The notes under the pieces: generated by a model
The model's input: the letters and a program-made list of their open reading frames with translations, nothing else
The model's database searches: none
Told to the model about the DNA's origin: nothing
Assembly: GCA_013239625.1 (NCBI GenBank)
Contig: MU054925.1
Location: 1,558,829-1,622,828, forward strand
Direction: 5' to 3'
Source: Lama guanicoe
Lineage: Eukaryota
Length of the DNA stretch: 64,000 nucleotides
Program-made: the position numbers and the translations under genes
In this document: positions 61,131 through 64,000 of the stretch, piece by piece
Layout of the letters: every line of letters starts with the position of its first letter
How positions within the stretch are numbered: the first letter of the stretch is position 1

Positions 61131-63564
61131 GCTCCTATGCACCCAACTCCTGTCCCTCCCTTTCCAGCCTGGGGCCTCCTCTCAGCCTCAACCACAAACA
61201 CCCCTACCCCAACCCCAACAGCTGGGATGGATGAGGCCCCTGAATCACAAGCCTGCAGTGCCCCTCCTCAGAGGATGTTACTGTGGGACACATGGTTAAC
61301 AAGTCATGCCAGTCCTGTTAACTGAGCACTGACCATGCACGAGGCACCTGGCCTGGATGAGAGAGTGTGAGCCCAGAGGGCAGCCCCCAGGGCTGCACCT
61401 CGAGGATGAGCCTTGGGCAGTAACTGCCCACCCCCGGTGGCCCACCAGCTTCCCAAGGACTCCAGACCTTTCTCAGAGTGGGCCTGGAGCCCACATGGGG
61501 CTCTGCCAAGGCCACTGCTCTTTGTTGGGGTTGAGGCTGGGGCACATGTGGGAACAACCAGAGCAGGCCCCTGGCCACAGAAAACCACAGGGTTGATTGG
61601 ATTGCAAACACTAAACGGACACTAGTTGAAGTCTCCAAACTGGGCCATGGCCTTGAGAAGCAGTCCTCTCCAGACCCTACCTTCCCCACTGGCCGGGTGA
61701 TGCCAGCTCCTTCACCCTCTCAGGGCTTAGTTCTGACCCTGGGATTCACAGGCCTCAGGAACATGGGGGCTGATGGCCCCTCAGGCTCCCTGGCCTAGCG
61801 GCCAAGGTGAGGGACAGAGGGCCCCACCCCCCAGCCTCCTTGAACTCATGGAGTCCCACGGGCCCAAAGGCCCGGGTCAGCCCGCTGACTCGTGAATAAC
61901 GGAGTTGCAATAGCCGCAGCGAAAGGATTACTTTTAATCCTCAGTAACGATCAAGCCATTATTATTTTTTCAGTGTTACAGATCAATCAGTCCATCCCTG
62001 GGCACTGGACGTGTGGAAACTGCTAAACACACGGGGCTGGTGGTGCAGGAGGAAGGCTGAGTGGGAGGTGGACGGGGCAGGCTGTGGTTGCACTCAGCCC
62101 CTCGGGACTGAGGGTGAGAGGGGCAAGGACTGGGAATACATACGAGGGGCCCTCCTGCTACCAGGCCCCACACATTCTGCCCCTTCCTGGTGCACTCTCG
62201 CCCAGACTCCTCTAGCCTGTTTCACTCCCTCATTCTTGAGGTGTTAGCTTTGCCCCCGTTCTTCTGACCACTCCCTGACCCCTGCCAAGCTCCTACTTGT
62301 CCTCATCAAGGAACTCAGAGAACCCTGTGCTTTGTTTGTTTTTCCCTGGAGCTCTGAGCTTAGTGGGGGCTATATCTGGCAGCTGTCAAGTTTATAGTAA
62401 CCTGGCCCCTGACACATAGTAGTACACAATGAACAGCAACAAAATCAAGGTCAGAGTGTCTCTGAACCTGGGTAAAGGCTTAAGTCTGGCTCTGCTCAGC
62501 CAGCTGTGTGACCTGAGGTGTGTGGTCTAACCTCTCTGAGCCTCTTCATTACATCCTGGAGGGTGAGGGCTGCCTATGAAGGTGATGCTGCTACGAAGTT
62601 GCTGATGATGGCTTGTCTGGCCTGCAATGTCTCCATCATGGCCAAGGGAACAGTGGTGGGACTGCTGAGCAGGGCTGTTCATGGCCAAGTCAATCACGAT
62701 AACAGCGGGCATTTCAGAGGCAATTATCAGAGAGTTTCACTTAACAATCAATTTCCCTCAGTTTCAGAAACTGTTCTTACAGGAAAAAGCAAGAAAGAGG
62801 AGGACTGGGCTGTGGACAAAGCTCCCCTGGGGAGCAGTCCCCTTCACAGGCACCTTCGAATTTCACTAAGTTCAAAGCCTCTCAATTGCCATGGAGCTGA
62901 GACAGAGCATGACCTGAGATAGGGGACCTCGGGCCATGGTGGGTCCCCCTCAGAGGCCAACATCTGGAGGATAAGGCCCCAGTGCATGCCGAGAGGGGTG
63001 AGGTGAGGGGCTGGAGTTCTCAGGCTTCTCCATCCTCTCTGAGGGCCCGCTCCTGCCCTCACACCTCTCACCTGGAGCCCCACCCCACAGTAAGGGGTCT
63101 AGCCCAAAAGGATCTGGGGAGCAACTGCCCATCAAACAGGATTTGTTTTGTGCAGCCCAGAGGGAAAGACCGTACAAGTATTTTAGTCTTAATTAGGTAT
63201 AGCTACTCTCTCTTCCAAGAGAATATGAGAAGCTTAGGATAAAAGGCCCTGAACCCGCAGGGCACAGGAAATTGAGATCTGTGCCACTGGAGGCTGAGTC
63301 TGGCAGAAGCTGTGATGGAGGCTCTGAGGTGGAGGCTGGGGGCAGCAGCCCCAAGGATATGCCCTGAGAACACTGCAGAGGGTTGCAAGGAAGGCAATGA
63401 TGACAGGATGATACCAGACACTGCCCCTGGAACTACTCTGGGCCAGGGCTTCACTGACTGGCACAGTTAATCCAACGACAGGTGGGAGACTATACCTCTT
63501 CCTCACCCTCGCCATCCCACCCCTAGCAAGACCCCTGAGAGGTGAATTCTTTTGTTCCTCCTCC

Positions 63565-64000
63565 TGTAAGGGGACTGAACATTAGAACCACTGCCCTGGG
63601 GCCCCAGGTGAGGAAGTGGTGGAAACCCAGGTCTGCCATCTCTGTTGGATGGTGACCATCCCAGGTGTAAACAAGCAGAACCCTATGGGGCCTTCTGGGG
63701 ACAGACCCCTCCCCTATATCCTCTGCTGTAACTCCTCTCTGAAGTACCTAGATTACAGTATTTGATGCACATTTTCTGAGTTGTTTTACAGATGCTAAAA
63801 CCCCCACCAAATGGAAGATGTTAACTAGATAACCATTAGCTGGTAGTCCTCACTGTCAACTGGAGAACCGTGCACGAGCTGATCACATACCCTGCTACAC
63901 CCCTCCCTCAGCCGGCCTTCAAAACTACTTTGTTGAAACCCATCGGGGAGTTTGGGCTTTTTGAGCACTAGCTGTCCCCAATTCCTTACTTAGTGCCCTG
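63565..64000 (+). mobile_element. Probable ERV LTR (truncated by window end)
   Basis: Starts TG(TAAG) with an abrupt compositional change. Contains LTR-like CCCATCGGGGAGTTTGGGCTTTTTTGAGCACTAGCTG. Confidence 0.5.

Overview
Mammalian genomic DNA syntenic with the human 3p21.3 tumour-suppressor cluster. Three tRNA-Ala-like SINEs resemble the camelid vic-1 family, so the species is probably a camel, alpaca or llama (inference). Gene order: RASSF1 5' half (minus; alternative first exons 1-alpha/RASSF1A and 2-gamma/RASSF1C), ZMYND10 (minus, complete, 12 exons, 440 aa), NPRL2 (minus, two exons hidden in N-runs), CYB561D2 (plus, 222 aa, head-to-head with NPRL2), TMEM115 (minus, 351 aa), and CACNA2D2 from about exon 4 to the 3' UTR (minus; 5' end outside the window). 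I mapped exons by hand from translation plus GT/AG junctions. Almost all ORFs in the supplied track are spurious GC-rich frames. I found no convincing undescribed gene or system. The notable observations are: N-runs sitting precisely on conserved exons, two near-perfect tandem duplications that are probably assembly artefacts (one duplicates a CACNA2D2 exon in frame), a U12-type donor and a NAGNAG acceptor in CACNA2D2, several AT-rich motif-dense candidate enhancers in CACNA2D2 introns, and CTCF, ZNF143, RFX and NRF1 motifs.
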